Positions 26,277 through 37,660 of a stretch of 64,000 bases of DNA are shown here, piece after piece. The stretch's first letter is position 1. Every line of letters begins with the position of its first letter. The notes beneath the pieces were generated by a model that saw nothing but the letters and a program-made list of their open reading frames with translations, made no database searches and had not been told where the DNA came from. The DNA lies in NCBI GenBank assembly GCA_030141605.1, contig JAQGDQ010000484.1, forward strand, positions 1 through 64,000. The letters are read 5' to 3'. The position numbers and the translations under genes were made by a program. This DNA comes from Tubiluchus corallicola. Its lineage: Eukaryota; Animalia; Priapulida.

Positions 26277-26698
26277 AACAATACGATACCTTACATTTTC
26301 CAACAATATGATACCTTACATTTTGCAACAATATGATACCTTACATTTTGCAACAATATGATACCTTACATTTTCCAACAATATGATACCTTACATTTTC
26401 CAACAATATGGTACCTTACATTTTCCAACAATATGATACCTTACATTTTCCAACAATATGATACCTTACATTTTCCAACAATATGATACCTTACATTTTC
26501 CAACAATATGATACCTTACATTTTGCAACAATATGATACCTTACATTTTCCAACAATACGATACCTTACATTTTCCAACAATACGATACCTTACATTTTC
26601 CAACAATACCATAACAATACGATACCTTACATTTTCCAACAATACGATACCTTACATTTTCCAACAATACCATACCTTACATTTTCCAACAATACGAT
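26277..26698. repeat. 25-bp minisatellite
   Basis: Unit caacaatatgataccttacattttc. Confidence 0.95.
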
Positions 26699-26894
26699 AA
26701 CGATAAACTCTTTTTTGGACGATATGATAAATTATTTCCAACGATAAAAACGATAGTGAATTAGACAATTTATGTGACAACAGTAAAAGTATCATTAACA
26801 ATTAAAATCATTCAGTGGTTCAGTGCATTCAGTGCTGTATACTTAAATGGCTGCTAGTTATGAAACACAAGTTTGTTATTCATAATGATTCTTA

Positions 26895-27128
26895 AACTGC
26901 TGTACTATTGGGCACAATTTCATGATATTTTGTACTTAACTGCTGTATTATCTTGTGCACAATTTCATAATATTTTGTACTTAACCGCTGTATTATCTTG
27001 TGCACAATTTCATGATATTTTGCACTTAACTGCTCGATTATCTTGTGCACAATTTCATAATATTTTGTACTTAACCGCTGTATTATCTTGTGCACAATTT
27101 CATAATATTTTGTGCTTAACCGCTGTAC
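26895..27128. repeat. 45-bp minisatellite (~5 units)
   Basis: Unit tgcacaatttcataatattttgtacttaaccgctgtattatcttg. Confidence 0.92.
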
Positions 27129-27198
27129 TATAAAAAGTTAAGTTTGTTTTACCAAACCGTGTTTTTAAATGGCGTTAAATAAGTAAATATGTCCACAG

Positions 27199-27321
27199 GT
27201 CTTGGAGAGTATGGAGAGACGGAATCTGCAAGAAGCTGTCGAAGGGCTAAAGAAGCGCCCAGCAGAAATTTGTATCCTGCACCAGCGTTTAGGAATGCTG
27301 TGGACAGTTTAAGTGATCTTG
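27199..27321 (+). CDS. PARG-like gene, exon at the start of the large insertion
   Basis: ccacag acceptor, gtaagt donor, 123 nt, phase 1 to 1, open frame (LGEYGETESARSCRRAKEAPSRNLYPAPAFRNAVDSLSDL). Confidence 0.75.
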
Positions 27322-27833
27322 GTAAGTGGTGAAAAGTAGAGCGAAATAGACCTCCGAAATTGCTGTGACCACTTGTGTTCTGAGCAGTGGCAGCTCATTC
27401 TAAATGATATGAACTGATGTGAGCCGAATTAGTTTTGTCATGCTTCCTCAAAATTTCTGTTTCCATGTCGTATATTTAGTCTGTTTACTGCACTAAAGTG
27501 AATTGCTTTCAGATTTTGGGTGCAACTTTTTCACTTTGTTTGTAGCTGAAATGTTTACATTTACATACAACATTTTTTCCTCAAATAAATTTTTCCTACT
27601 CAGATTTCCTGCAAATCTTTGTAGAATTTGTCAACTAGCAAGTCAATTTCATCTTGACTTTATTGCATTTTGTTTGTGTTCTGTTGCTCTGAATTTGCAT
27701 TGGTGTGATTTTTACATCTGCTAGTGCCACCCTGTGAACGATACTCGCTTTTTCTTATTGATTCTTGTTGTTTTAGATGCTTTTGAAAATACTGTCCGAG
27801 TTCATGATTAAATGCTGCTTATTCTTGTTTCAG

Positions 27834-30292
27834 AACTGCAGTCGGTGTCGTCTAGAGTTGCCGACTTTACAGATACGCTGAGCCGGTCATTGCTAGCGCT
27901 GGCCTTGAAAGATGTTCTGAGCAAGGTCGATGATGTGGAAGACTCGACGTTGCAAGAAAACCACGAGGACGAGCGCCACGACGTCTCATTGCAGTCTGGC
28001 GACGGTTGGTTTGAGCCGGAGGAATTTAAACAGCGAATCAAGCACTTCTGTGATTGTCATGGCAACGTCTTGCCGGTTCAGATGAAGTCGGACGAAATGA
28101 GCGGTGCAAACGTGGAGCAGAAAAACGTGGAAGACGAGTTGCAGGATGACGTGACGGATGCGTACGAGGAAAGTCGTCGCGACTGGCTGCTGGAGTTTAG
28201 AAGGCGCAGTTCAAATCTGAGCGACATATCTTCGCGCAGGAGCAGTCGGGACACGCGTCACAGTTCCGAGTTCAGTTCCGAATTCGAGGACTTCTTTCAG
28301 GACAACTTCGAGCGCCACTTCGATCGGAAGGTCTACAAGACGATCAAGGAGGAGAAAGAGAACAGTGCCAGCCCCGCCATCTCGGAATTCGCCACGAAGC
28401 TCGCTTCGATGGTTCTCTCCGATAGTTCGAAGACGGCCGTCACCTTGACCCGCGGCGTTCAGAATTTCGTACAAAAGCCGTCAACGGCTGCCATACACAA
28501 GCCCAAGCCAGTGAGACCATCGCCGTACGGAATCAATCCTTTCCTTACGAATGCTAATCAAACGAGAAGTCAACCGCTTAAGAAGACGGTCGTAAGCAGA
28601 TATGCGGAAAACGTGCTCTATAGTATCTTCTCGTCTTTGGTTGCGTCGCACGATTGGGACATTGAGATGCTTAAAAGTGACAGAAAATTTATGGCGATGG
28701 TGCAGTTTGCAGACAGAGTTGTTGACGACGCTTGGTGCGAAGCGTTCGGGCTGCAGAAAGTTTCCGAGAATCATCCGCTCATCGTTTCCTGTGTTAATCA
28801 AATGTTCGATTCCTGGAAATCGGAGGTGTCCGGTCGCTCTTCTCCGAAAGGCGACTCGTTTGCCGAGAGGCTCTTGTGTTGCTTTTCTGCACCGGACGCT
28901 TCGTCCCCGTTTCAGCAGCCGCCGATCACAGTTTGTGACACAAAGTGCATTAGCACGTCTGCGAGTGGCGAAAGCCGAGAGAAAGACATAGACAGTAACC
29001 GAGGTGTTGCCGATTCGTTGCCGGATCGCACTCTGATGCAGTACATCAACGATGTTTCACACGGCATTGTTTACAAGTCGATAAATGACCTCAGTAAGTC
29101 CACTGCTGACAGTTCGTCATGCAGCGAAGCCAGTAGTACGTGTGACAGTCAAGTTAGTAATGTTGTCAGCTTGATTATAGGACAGACTTTCAAAGAGCTC
29201 GGTGGGGAACCCTTGTACGAATCGGGTTACTGCAGCGACACGCCGGACCCTCCCCCACCCACACCTGCTTCGCCAGTTGTGCTAGTAAGATCTGCCGAAG
29301 ATGGGCAGCGCTCATCTAAAAGTGCGGATGATTCCAGAAGCAAGGTTTCCAGAAAAACGGCCACTGATGAATTTAGTTCCCAAGTTCTGCGGAAAAATGT
29401 TTTGGAACAAATTGTAAATAAACTTTTTGAAGATACGTTTTCGCTAGCGCTTGACGAATTATCTTGTCGCGGGTCGCAGGTGGAAACAGGTGTGGAAATT
29501 TGCTGTGAAGACACTATTCAGGGCACGTGTTCTAGTCTTCCCACTGACGCTGAGACAAGTAAATATGTTCCACCAGGTGTCAGTAGTAGTGATGACTGCA
29601 CAACTGCTTTAGCTGAGGAAGTCTGTGTGTCATCTTCCGCTCACAGTGTGGTGCAGAGTGCTAGTTCCTTGCTTTTTACTAACGGTGATCATTCATCTGG
29701 TCTTTCAGCGGACAGTGGCGACAAATCAACCACGCCTGTAGAGACTTCTAAACCTTTTGCTTCATCCGACGCATTAGTTATAAGTAAGAACAGCTGCTCA
29801 ATGGTAGAGTCTACTACTGACGACACTCCAGCAGATTCTGCAGAAGCCGACAAAGATGCTGTGATTGACAATCAGACGTCGACTGCTGCCGTTGTTGATG
29901 CTGATAGTTGCGATAATCACTTCAACACCGACTCGCTTGCAGAACACATCATTAGAAATGTTTTGCACAGCATTTCGTGCAGTTTTCCGATCGCGAACAG
30001 CGTTACCGAGACCGTCATCCGGGAGGCGCTGCAGACGGCGAAGCGCTTCAAGAAACCCGAACAAATTCCGAAGCACGTTGCGGCGAGAATTTCCGAAGAC
30101 ATAGTGAACAGTCTGTTCCAGCATTTTCCCAAAGACGTCGTCAACGGCCAAAAGACGGAGCTGCTGAACAACGTCATAGAGACCGCGGTTAATGACGGAA
30201 TTCAAGCGGTTACGGCCTATCACTTGAAGCGGTCAGAGTTTCAACAGGCGGCTAACGCACTGGAGGAATTAGCAGTCAGTCAAACTTTGACG
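27834..30292 (+). CDS. PARG-like gene, 2.46-kb exon encoding a Ser/acidic low-complexity insertion with amphipathic helices
   Basis: Core of the 856-aa ORF 27812-30382, GC-richer than the flanks. tttcag acceptor (phase 1) and acg|gtaatt donor (phase 0). The ORF's poly-Leu/Ile tail is intronic (TTA)n. Confidence 0.9.
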
Positions 30293-30309
30293 GTAATTTC
30301 AAGTCACAT

Positions 30310-30500
30310 ATATTATTTATTATTATTATTATTATTATTGTTATTATTATTGTTTATTATTATTATTAATTATTATTATTAATTATTATTATTATTATTG
30401 TTATTTATTATTTATTATTATTATTATTATTATTTTTACTTTTATTAATATTATTATTAATTATTATTATTATTATTATTTATTATTTATTTATTATCTA
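30310..30500. repeat. (TTA)n microsatellite
   Basis: Direct inspection. Confidence 0.95.
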
Positions 30501-30720
30501 TTTAAGACACAGAAAACTGTATTAATTTTGTATATAATTGACTATTTCCGCGGACCATTTCTTCTTATTTGGCAAGGCCAGTATAATCATAGCATGTGAT
30601 GTGCTACAGGGCCGGTGTTAGAAACTGTGGGAACAGTTGACTGAACTTTCTCTTAAACTTGTGTCATTAATTTCTCATCACCTATCTTGCTTGTCTTACT
30701 GAGATTATCTCTTTTTGCAG

Positions 30721-30867
30721 TGTGACGTCAAACCGGTGGTAACGGGTTGCTGGGGCTGCTCTTCCGCTGACGTCCAGTTGAGGTTCATCCTTACATGGCT
30801 TGCCGTATCGTACAGCGGAGCACCAAAGTTAGTATACTACACTTTTGGGGACCACCGATTAAAAGAG
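30721..30867 (+). CDS. PARG-like gene, C-terminal macrodomain exon
   Basis: ttgcag acceptor, gtttgc donor, phase 0 to 0. KPVVTGCWGCSSADVQLRFILTWLAVS...KLVYYTFGD matches PARG 'VATGNWGCGAFGGD..LK.LIQ.LAA....VYFTFGD'. Confidence 0.9.
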
Positions 30868-31197
30868 GTTTGCAAATTCGTTAATACTAATTACTTACTT
30901 TCATGATGGCATAAAATCACAATAGTTGTGCAAAATTTGGAAGCGAAATAGATCGAAAGAACAGCAGTATGAACAAGTTGTAATTTGGCTTTTTTCAACT
31001 TCGAAATCTTTGCTCTTTTTCCCTCCCTTTTTTCACTTCCTGTTTTTGGAACTACTCGCCCTTCGCTCTGTTCTCCTTGTCTTTGGTTTAACTTTGTCGC
31101 TATGTTTAAACATGGCTTCTCGCATGCACTACCCCTGACCCGATGCGCATTGAACTCGTTAATTTATTAATTAATCGATTCTTAATTACTTTAGTTA

Positions 31198-32054
31198 CAG
31201 TGGCGGCTCGTCATTAAAATTAGGAGGGGTGCATCTTCAGAAAATTTTTAGCCATTGTTTTAATACTGTGTAAAATGAAACAAACGTGTAATTTTAATGT
31301 TGTGATTTGTAATTGTAATTTTAAACTAACAAACATATGAAAGTTTATACATAAACTTCATAAAATCCCAAACAGAAAATATTTTTTGCTTACTAAATTG
31401 TCGTAGTTCAAGCTTCATCCATTGGCGATAAGCACGTGATGACTGACAACAAACTGTGTGAGTGACAGTACTTTTTCTTCCTGAGCTCAGACATGTGCGC
31501 ATGGCCGCCATTCACGGTAAGCACGTGACAACTGACAACAAACTGTGTGAGCGACAGTACTTTCTCTTCCTGAGCTCAGACAGTGTGCATGTCCACCATT
31601 CACGGTAAGCACGTGACAACAAACTGTGTGAGCGACAGTACTTTCTCTTCCTGAGCTCAGACATTGTGCATGTCCGCCATTCACGGTATGCACGTGACCA
31701 CTGACAACAAACTGTGTGAGCGACAGTACTTTCTCTTCCTGAGCTCAGACAGTGTGCATGTCAACCATTCACGGTAAGCACGTGACAACAAACTGTGTGA
31801 GCGACAGTACTTTCTCTTCCTGAACTCACACATGTGTGCATGTCCGCATGCGCATAACAGCTAAATACTGCATTGCTGGAGCGTACTGTGCTGGGCTGTG
31901 AAGCAAACAGTACTACCCTCACGTGCTCAGGTTCCGTACAAGTAAAAAGAAAGAACTAAAGAAAAATGACTTATTATATTGAATTTTATCGATACTATCG
32001 AGTGAAAATAGGGGGCGCTGCAGTTCCACAGTATCTATACACGAGCCGCCACTG
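31198..32054 (+). mobile_element. hAT-type MITE family C with internal ~85-90-bp tandem repeats
   Basis: Perfect TIR cagtggcggctcgt/acgagccgccactg; near-TSD tttagtta/gtcagtta. A shorter copy lies at 47557-48010 and an end fragment at ~35000-35040. Confidence 0.85.
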
Positions 32055-32606
32055 GTCAGTTAATTGTTTTATGTAACAGTCAGGTGCCGTATCCGTACAT
32101 GTGACATCCACAGACTGGGAACTGAAAATGCTGTAAAATTTAGAGTGAATATGGTTCTCAGAACTATTGTGTTTTTGAAATTTTGCTTAACCAACGATTT
32201 GAAAACCATTATTACCTTCGTCTCTGATTTTTACATCTGTTCAAAATTATGTTGTCTTTCTCGTTCTTTCCCTTTTCATTTTTGTCTTGTCCTTATTGTC
32301 TTTTTAGTCTCATTATCTTTTTTCTTGTTAGTTTTCATTTCTCGTTTCATTTTTGCTTCTTCCTTTTCGTCTTTTTGTTCTTGTTATCTTTCTTTTTTAT
32401 ATTATCATTTTTTCCTCACTTTTTTGTAATTCTTTCCAGTTTTTACAGCTGACTTGTAGATTTTGTCACTTAAGTGTAGTTAGTTCTCAAATTGTCTTCA
32501 AATCTGTGAGATGAATCCATAATGTAGTTTAAAAGTAAGAATTGACTGTTTGAAAAATTTGCAACTTTATTTTGCATACAGCTTGCATCATTCAGGATGA
32601 GTTTAA

Positions 32607-33135
32607 AGGAAAATCAGACGATTGTGCAGACATTAGTTCACAATAAAGTGTGCTGTAAAATGTTAAAAATTACAACAGCTTTTTTTAAATCAAAGCTTAG
32701 ATTAAATAATAATTACTTTGGATTGTTAAATTTTGCTAACCTTTCAAAGCTGCGTGCGGCCCAGTGAATCTACTAAGACTGGCAATGGCGCCTTTTTGCC
32801 ACATTTGCTTGGCCGACAAATAGGTGCAGTACCGTGATAAGCGTGATCATGAACTATAGTGTTCATCTGTGACATCAGTGTGACGTAGAGCTCATTTTCC
32901 TGACATCACATCAGCATCTTACAGCAATCTTCCCTTACACAAACATGCTTGATGTGCAGGGAAGATACTTAACATTGCACAAACTGTGGGTAGTTTGTGA
33001 TGTAAGTGATAGCTGTGTTCGGTTGCCGTTAATTAACTTACCACACCAATTATTCAAATATTAGAAACAATTGCTAACTTTTATAGCCAAAAATGCATAA
33101 GTGAGATTGAGTCTAATCAATCGTCTGGTTTACCT
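32607..33135 (+). mobile_element. Kolobok-like MITE
   Basis: TTAA|aggaaaatcagacgattg ... caatcgtctggtttacct|TTAA. Related inverted sequence at ~56900-57130. Confidence 0.75.
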
Positions 33136-33221
33136 TTAATTCATAGGAAATTTTACGACAAGTAATTTTAAAATGTACAATTGTACATACTAGTTGACTA
33201 GACAGAGCTGTTCTGTTTTAG

Positions 33222-33389
33222 CTAGACACGGTGGCAAACAGCATCAAGGCTTGGCAATGGCGCGTATGTGATTTGATGCAGGCCCTGATGGATTATCGAG
33301 AACGTGTCGACATTCAGGACGTTGCGCCTTCTAGTCAGTCGCTTCTGGAGTTTCTCAGCTGCAGAGCAAAAGTTTCCCAGTGTAACTGA
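33222..33389 (+). CDS. PARG-like gene, terminal coding exon
   Basis: ttttag acceptor, phase 0. LDTVANSIKAWQWRVCDLMQALMDY...SLLEFLS...TGA resembles the terminal PARG helices (TVG.L...L..Y). Confidence 0.8.
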   Translation, partial: LDTVANSIKAWQWRVCDLMQALMDYRERVDIQDVAPSSQSLLEFLSCRAKVSQCN

Positions 33390-33499
33390 TGTGTCGTGTT
33401 TTTAATAACAATACAATGTCGTTTGTAAGTTTGAACGCATAACTTTCTCAAAATAGTAGCATTTATAATTTATTGAGGCTTGAAAAAATTCTATTAACG

Positions 33500-33870
33500 A
33501 GCCTTTTCACAACGATTGATGATGATCATGAAAAGGACAAAAGTTAAATGTGCCAGACAACAGATGTGTGTACATTTGACTACACCTCGCACCCCAATGC
33601 TGTTGTAATAGTAACAGTTTTAATAGCTAGTTAGAACCTTATTTAGTTCATTTTTTCTTGTTCCCAAGTAAGATCCTGCTAGTAAATCACTCTAAGCATG
33701 CACTAATGCATAACTAAGTAAAATCCAACTGAAGTTGCTGAACTGATGCGGCACACGGCTTTGCCTCACCTCATGTCACGTGACGGTTGTAGTTAAGATG
33801 CTTGCTGTGCTTCACTTAACCTTTGACATGCAGCAACTGCGTGTGCACACAACAAAATTGTGAAAAATCT
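33500..33870 (-). mobile_element. MITE family A copy just downstream of the PARG-like stop codon
   Basis: agccttttcaca start and family body. Confidence 0.75.
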
Positions 33871-34168
33871 TGTTGTCCTTAAATAATGTGTTGAAATGTA
33901 TTTTTTTCCAATTGGAGACAGGGATGTCTTTTGAAACAAAATTAATGTCTCTGTAGGATTTGCTTTAGTCATTGTTTGCTGTTTCCTCATTAGATGGCAG
34001 CACCTGCATAATTCTGGTATTTTAAAAAAGTGTCAACTGTTGTCTACCTTTGTGTAGTGGTTATTCTCCAGTTACTGTTACCAAATGTTAACTAAACCTA
34101 AGATAAAAAAAGTTCAAAACTATGGCATTTTCAATTACTTAGGAACATGCTTTTTGCCTTTTGAATTA

Positions 34169-34597
34169 CAATCAACCTCGGGTATAAGGGACATTCGCTT
34201 ATAAGGGACCACCTACACTGGTCCGGATTTTTTGTAACGTTTTTCCTTAAAAAAATCTTTGTATATAAGGTACTCGGATATAAGGGACTTTCGGTTATAA
34301 GGGACGATATCTTCAAATCCCACATAATACAAAACCCAGGTAAATTACCTCGCACATAAGGGACCCTATGATCAAAGTGAAATTGATCGATTTTTAACTT
34401 CAATTTTTCTCAAACTCGGGTTTTGAACAGCTCGGTTTCCGCGGTCACATACATCTCGCACCACTGAAGGAGCTTCCTACATACCGTTTGCACTGAATGT
34501 GTAGCAATAATCCATAAAAATATGTGTAATAGTACAGAAAAGTACAGATCTAGATACACCTCAGTCCTGAGGTGTCCCTCATATCCTAGGTTGACTG
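34169..34597 (-). mobile_element. Tc1/mariner (pogo/Tigger-like) MITE family D
   Basis: TA|caatcaacctcggg...ctaggttgactg|TA; inverted copy of 59686-60148. Confidence 0.8.
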
Positions 34598-35064
34598 TAG
34601 ATTAACGTGTTTATACATGTACTGATTGTTGTAAATACGTAAAAAATGTAAAAAGAAACTAATATTGTATTATTATTGTTTGTATACCTAGTTGTACAGC
34701 TAGTTGTTCATAGATCATCGAATAAAAGCGAGAAATGTATGTATGTTAAATTGTAATTAATGAAATGTGTAAATTATATATCTATTCATGTACCGTGTTT
34801 GGAAGATTTGACGTATTATTGTGCTTTTGTGCTAAGAAGACAAAATGTATTTTATGTTGCTGTGTGTGAGTGCAAAAGAAGTTCGTGTATTTTTCTGCCA
34901 TTGTAAAAGTGCTTACAAGTTCAGCTTTGTTGCTGTTTATATAATTTTACAAATTCTCGTGTCATAATGAATATTATTCATGTCGATGTGTTGGGCTTCC
35001 AGTGGCGGCTCGTGTATAGGCACTGTGGAACTGTAGCAGAAACGAATTTTAAGTGAATTTGACT

Positions 35065-35636
35065 GGATTTTAATGTTGTACACATGCTAACTGAACTTTA
35101 GTGCTGTAATTTCTTTGAAATTTAATGCTGTACACATGCTATCTGAACTTTAGTGTTGTACTCATGGGTAATTTCCCTGAAATTTAAATGCTGTACACGT
35201 GCAGATGTGCCTGGATTTTAATGCTGTACACATGCTAATTTGTCTGAATTTTAATGCTGTACACATGCTAATTTGTCTGAAATTTAATGTTGTACACATG
35301 CTAATTTGACAGGATTTTAATGCTGTACACATGCTAATTTGTCTGAATTTTAATGCTGTACACATGCTAATTTGCCTGAAATTTAATGCTGTACACATGC
35401 TAATTTGTCTGAATTTTAAAGCTGTACACATGCTAATTTGTCTGAATTTTAATGCTGTACACATGCTAATTTGCCTGAAATTTAATGCTGTACGCATGCT
35501 AATTTGTCTGAATTTTAAAGCTGTACACATGCTAATTTGTCTGAATTTTAAAGCTGTGCACATACTAATTTGTCTGAATTTCCAGACAAATTATACTTAG
35601 GCTAAATTGACCAAATTTGAATGCTGTACACATGCT
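35065..35636. repeat. 33-bp minisatellite
   Basis: Unit aatgctgtacacatgctaatttgtctgaatttt. Confidence 0.93.
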
Positions 35637-36012
35637 GTTGACAGAATGAATCCACAATTATTAAACATTTTAAATCTAACTTGACCAAAATCTGGAAATG
35701 CAAACGTTGAGACTGGGCCTGGATTCGAACCTGGATTTTAAGACCAATGACTGATCACTCTAAATCACACGGATCTTTGTGACGATTTCAAAAATTTTGG
35801 TTCATTACATTATTATAATGAGTTTTTAACTCATTATTGACAAAATTAATCTTTATAATTTATGCAGATTGTACAGTTCAGTAATCACACGATTTTTTGT
35901 TGTTAAACTTTTCACAATGTTGCTGTGATGATATTTACTATTTACATGTTAAACTCATCAAGCAGCTTGTGCAACTAGTCAGCAATTACCGTAACTGAGA
36001 TTAGACTAAGAG

Positions 36013-36419
36013 CAAGGCCTATTTCAGCCTAAGCGAGGCCCGGGGAAGTGGGCGGGGGGCGAAGTGCCGGGTGCCAACCAGAAAATTTTTGAACTGCTAG
36101 AACACCGGAGAAGCATTTTCGAAGAGAAAATATGGAGTTATACAGTTGTTAAAGGAAAGAACAATTGAAGGAAAAACTGCTTTTTTCTCAAGACCAGTCC
36201 TTAATACTTGTCAAATAGTCAAATCAAAAACAACATGTTTGCAATATGTAATACCGTACTCTCACTTCCGTACAAGCCGGTGTTAGAAATTCCGAAATTG
36301 AAAACAGCTGAACATCGGCACCGAGGCAAGAGAGAGGGAGAGAAGAGGCAGTATGTTACCTCGGCGCGAGGCCCCGGGGTAGTATCCCCACTTCCCCTCC
36401 CCCCTTGAAATAGCGCCTG
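36013..36419. mobile_element. hAT-type MITE with perfect 8-bp TSD
   Basis: TSD ACTAAGAG at 36005-36012 and 36420-36427; TIR caaggcctatttca/tgaaatagcgcctg. Confidence 0.8.
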
Positions 36420-37299
36420 ACTAAGAGTATCAGTATTAACCGCTTTGAACGATTTTGAATTATTTTGTGTTGTAGTTGACCGTGGGTCATGTGTTTAACT
36501 AATTGTTGTTGGTGCATGTGTATTCTCAGTATTTGTACAATTTTTGTGTCCACTTTTGGATATTTTAAAGAATGTACTTGTTGTACTTTGTGTTTTTTAA
36601 TATAATTATACAGATGAATGAATGACAATTTAATGTTTTTTGTTTTTGGGGTGATTGAGACATTTTGTCTTTAAGCGCCAAATGGATGTGAGAGTTTTTT
36701 AATCGCTGGACATTCTACATTTTTAATGCAGTCTATTGAATCATTATTTATTGTATATTTCAAGAGATAGATAATACCATATGAAACAGAATTTGTTACT
36801 AAAGATGAATAAATTTTAAAAAAATTACAGTACAAAATAAAATGATTGTGTGAGATTTAGTAATTAACCATCTATACCATTACCATCTTAGTAATTTAGT
36901 GATTAGCCATCTCACCATTCTTAGCCATCTATGCTTCAAGAAACGGCAACATTTTGTCGTCATTATGCTGTAAGTACTTTAGAAGATTATCCTGAAAGGC
37001 TTCAACATTTCATGGAAAAACCAATTTCCTGTAATAAAGCTGCCAGAAATAGCCGCATTTCCTCCCGAGCAAGTTAAAAGCCCTGTCAGTACGACAGATG
37101 AAACCCTAGCAGTCACCAATCCATTTACTGATTAGGCTCAACATTGCTGCAATTGATTACAAATGTGTTGAATTCTTGCTGTTGAAGTCTCACATGTTAT
37201 AGTATATTTTGGAATAGACAGCAGATGTTCACTGAAATGCAAATGTGTGGAAGGTTGCTGCAACGCTGGTTCCATCACATTTCTGCAAGTTCCCGCTGC

Positions 37300-37660
37300 T
37301 TTGCCTGTTGACCTTTGACCTTTCTACTAGTTACTGTTCTGTGGCCTATTGACATCATCTGTTTGCTAGTTGCTGCTGCTGTGTGAACTATTGACCTTTG
37401 ATCTTATTGCTAGTTGCTGCTGTTGTGTGAACTATTGACCTTTGATCTTATTGCTAGTTGCTGCTGCTACATGACCTATTGACCTCTTTATTTTCCCTGT
37501 TGACCAGTGACCTTTCTACTAGTTGCTGCTGCATTGTATGTTGACGTTTAACCCTTGTGCTAGTTGCTGCTGAATAGGCCTGCAGTGTGGCTTGTTGATT
37601 CTGACTTCTGCTAGTTGCTGTTATATGGCCTGTTGACCTTTGACCTTTCTGCTGGATGCA
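37300..37660. repeat. Degenerate ~45-bp tandem repeat
   Basis: Recurring ttgacctttga...gctagttgctgctg. Confidence 0.7.

Noticed and set aside
28211-30223. Antisense and alternate-frame ORFs overlapping the large exon
   Set aside because: Shadow ORFs of a GC-richer coding exon, with no recognisable motifs.
30293-30382. Apparent C-terminal transmembrane helix of the 856-aa ORF
   Set aside because: It is read-through into an intronic (TTA)n microsatellite after the donor at 30292; the gene continues at 30721.
35162-35600. 11-aa repeat proteins on both strands
   Set aside because: Translation of a 33-bp minisatellite.
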